From Candidatus Kerfeldbacteria bacterium (GTDB taxonomy: Bacteria > Patescibacteriota > Patescibacteriia > Veblenbacterales > UBA10138): a stretch of DNA of 28,575 nt. The position numbers and the translations under genes were made by a program. The DNA is taken from the NCBI GenBank assembly GCA_016234305.1, contig JACRFM010000021.1, positions 1-28,575 on the forward strand, read 5' to 3'. The number at the start of each line of letters is the position of its first letter. Position 1 is the first letter of the stretch. Below the pieces are notes generated by a model, which saw nothing but the letters and a program-made list of their open reading frames with translations, was not told where the DNA came from and made no database searches. Of the stretch, positions 27,193-28,575 are shown piece after piece.

Positions 27193-27228
27193 TAGGTCAA
27201 AAATGTCCGGCCGGACATTTTGGACCTA
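27193..27228. terminator. Palindromic terminator-like element after the PIN gene
   Basis: AAAATGTCCGG|CCGGACATTTT perfect 22 bp (27200-21), extending to 36 bp with one mismatch. Confidence 0.65.
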
Positions 27229-27273
27229 GAAGATAAATTAGCTGAGTAAGCTAAATAATTTAAGTGAAAATAT

Positions 27274-28071
27274 ATGTCGGAGAGAATTGGCGAATCAGTT
27301 TGGCCCTTAATGGCCAAAGAGACTATTAACCGAACTAAGCTGGCAGATATTTTTGAGCAAGGCGGCTTTAAAGCCGCGGGTGAATATTTTTTGGATATCA
27401 CCAATACCAAAATCAACTATCGGTCTGAAAAATCGGCCGACTTTGCTGAGCAGCGCCAGAAACTGCAAACTGAAGCCGGGTTAATAATTTGTAATCATCC
27501 TGGTTACGTGGAAATACCGGCAATTTTGCAAGCCCTGGACAGGCGTGACGTAAAAATAATGATTAATCGCCATATTTATGAAGAGTTTTGTCAGCAGTTT
27601 GGTGAGCAGTATTTTGTGCCTAATGCCCAAACGCCCAGAGAGTTGGTTGAAATTATGAATCAAGCCATTAGTCATATAAAAAACGGCGGGGCTTTTTTAT
27701 TATTTCCAACTGGTGGAGAAAAATTAGATGTGTATAATGGTAAAGACAAGCCTAAGTTTATGGGAGGATTTAGGAATATATTAAGTCGTTTGTCGGCAGA
27801 TAATATGATATATTCTTTTTATGTTGACCCGGAGCAATCTTACCAAATGCGCCGCAGTAAAGTGCCAACTTTTGCCGGTATAGCTTCGGAAGTTATAAGT
27901 AAGGGTAATTTTAACATTAACCAGTCTCGTGACCAGCAAATAATCAAGGTTGATGAGCGCTATACTCAGGCTGATTTTTGGCAAAGCCTATTAAGACAAA
28001 CTAAGGACAAGCACGAGCAGGATAAGTTGTTAGCCAGCGCTTATTTTAATCAGATTGAAGAAATTGAGTGA
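27274..28071 (+). CDS. PlsC/LPLAT-superfamily acyltransferase-like protein
   Basis: Block I GLIICNHPGYVE (HX4E instead of HX4D) and block III FLLFPTG (FPEG-like). Confidence 0.55.
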   Translation: MSERIGESVWPLMAKETINRTKLADIFEQGGFKAAGEYFLDITNTKINYRSEKSADFAEQRQKLQTEAGLIICNHPGYVEIPAILQALDRRDVKIMINRHIYEEFCQQFGEQYFVPNAQTPRELVEIMNQAISHIKNGGAFLLFPTGGEKLDVYNGKDKPKFMGGFRNILSRLSADNMIYSFYVDPEQSYQMRRSKVPTFAGIASEVISKGNFNINQSRDQQIIKVDERYTQADFWQSLLRQTKDKHEQDKLLASAYFNQIEEIE

Positions 28072-28087
28072 TTTAGAATTTGAGCAG

Positions 28088-28435
28088 TTATACCTTAGGC
28101 TGTTTACGGTAGACAATGTAAGAATAAACTGCGGCGCCGAGAGCTGATAAAATAACCGGCATTAAGATAAAGTAGATTGCCAAATTAGTCCAAATTAATC
28201 CCAGCAGGCCTACAGGAGCTGAAATTTTAAATAATTTAACGCCCAGTTCGTGGGTTTTTTCCAGACCACTTCATTGCTTAAAGTCCAAGGCGTGCGGATG
28301 CCGATACTCCAGTTGGTGTCAGCATGTTCTATTAAAATACCGGCGGCATAAAACAGCACGGTAAAAGCCGGTACTAGCCAAACTACCATGTTAAAACCGC
28401 CGCCCGTGAATTGCCAATTAAGCGTTAATAAATAA
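28088..28435 (-). pseudogene. 3' part of an SdpI-family immunity membrane protein gene, IS-interrupted and frameshifted
   Basis: Manual translation gives YLLTLNW...ILIEHADTNWSIGIRTPWTLSNEVVW, then after a missing A in the A6 run (28255-60) KTHELGVKLFK...VYSYIVYRKQPKV*. GIRTPWTL...W..TH is the SdpI signature. Confidence 0.8.
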
Positions 28436-28575
28436 GGCTCTAGACTAGATGATTTAATGTTTTAAGTAGTTTTTATAGATAATCCACAGGTCTGTTTGTA
28501 GGGTAGCAAGTTTCCGACCGTACCGCCATTCGCACTCTTTAAGATGTAAATCAAAATGTTTCTTAACACCATTGA
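28436..28575 (-). mobile_element. End of an IS1595-family (IS1016-like) element, truncated by the window edge; transposase C-terminus at 28573-28454
   Basis: Partial frame NGVKKHFDLHLKECEWRYG...KH* (HLKECEWR motif); terminus GGCTCTAGACTAGAT at 28436; AT-rich adjacent octamer ATAAATAA (28428-35) is the expected TSD. Confidence 0.75.

Noticed and set aside
15303-27984. Antisense or alternate-frame ORFs such as 15303-15572, 18701-19048, 19188-19652, 20972-21394, 23896-24282, 24388-24633 and 25452-25697
   Set aside because: They overlap confident genes, lack start signals or domain motifs, and are expected by chance.
28479-28487. DnaA-box-like TAATCCACA
   Set aside because: Mismatches the consensus, is isolated, and lies inside transposase coding sequence.

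Overview
Window from an AT-rich, small-genome bacterium that looks like Patescibacteria/CPR (Parcubacteria-like). Support for that: a MurE lacking its N-terminal domain, mostly SD-less core genes, stand-alone rpoBC, and a non-canonical EF-P loop. Genetic code is standard 11. The housekeeping backbone is murE, rpoB-rpoC, ftsK-rodZ-like-recA-bPH, efp-rpsR-ssb-rpsF (minus strand), a TRM11-like methyltransferase, adenosine deaminase, pgeF, ychF, a PIN protein and an acyltransferase-like gene. An accessory block at about 13.75-17.6 kb carries two mini Zn-finger genes, a 4-TM protein, a perfect 42-bp palindrome, a DUF218 gene and the top candidate: a solo retron-type reverse transcriptase (NAxxH, YADD, ITG motifs; two unusual insertions). 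This RT has its own sigma70 promoter and a ~240-nt multi-hairpin leader, but no canonical long a1/a2 repeats and no co-transcribed effector. Second candidate: an AT-rich DUF3800 gene faced by a near-consensus antisense promoter that would make a ~70-nt two-hairpin RNA. Also present: an intact IS481-family element with IRs and a 5-bp TSD in the last codon of pgeF, a ~130-nt orphan hairpin RNA candidate, dispersed heptamer/palindrome repeats, and, at the right edge and absent from the ORF track, the end of an IS1595-family element inside a frameshifted sdpI-like pseudogene. All calls come from reading motifs by eye; no database search or folding program was run.
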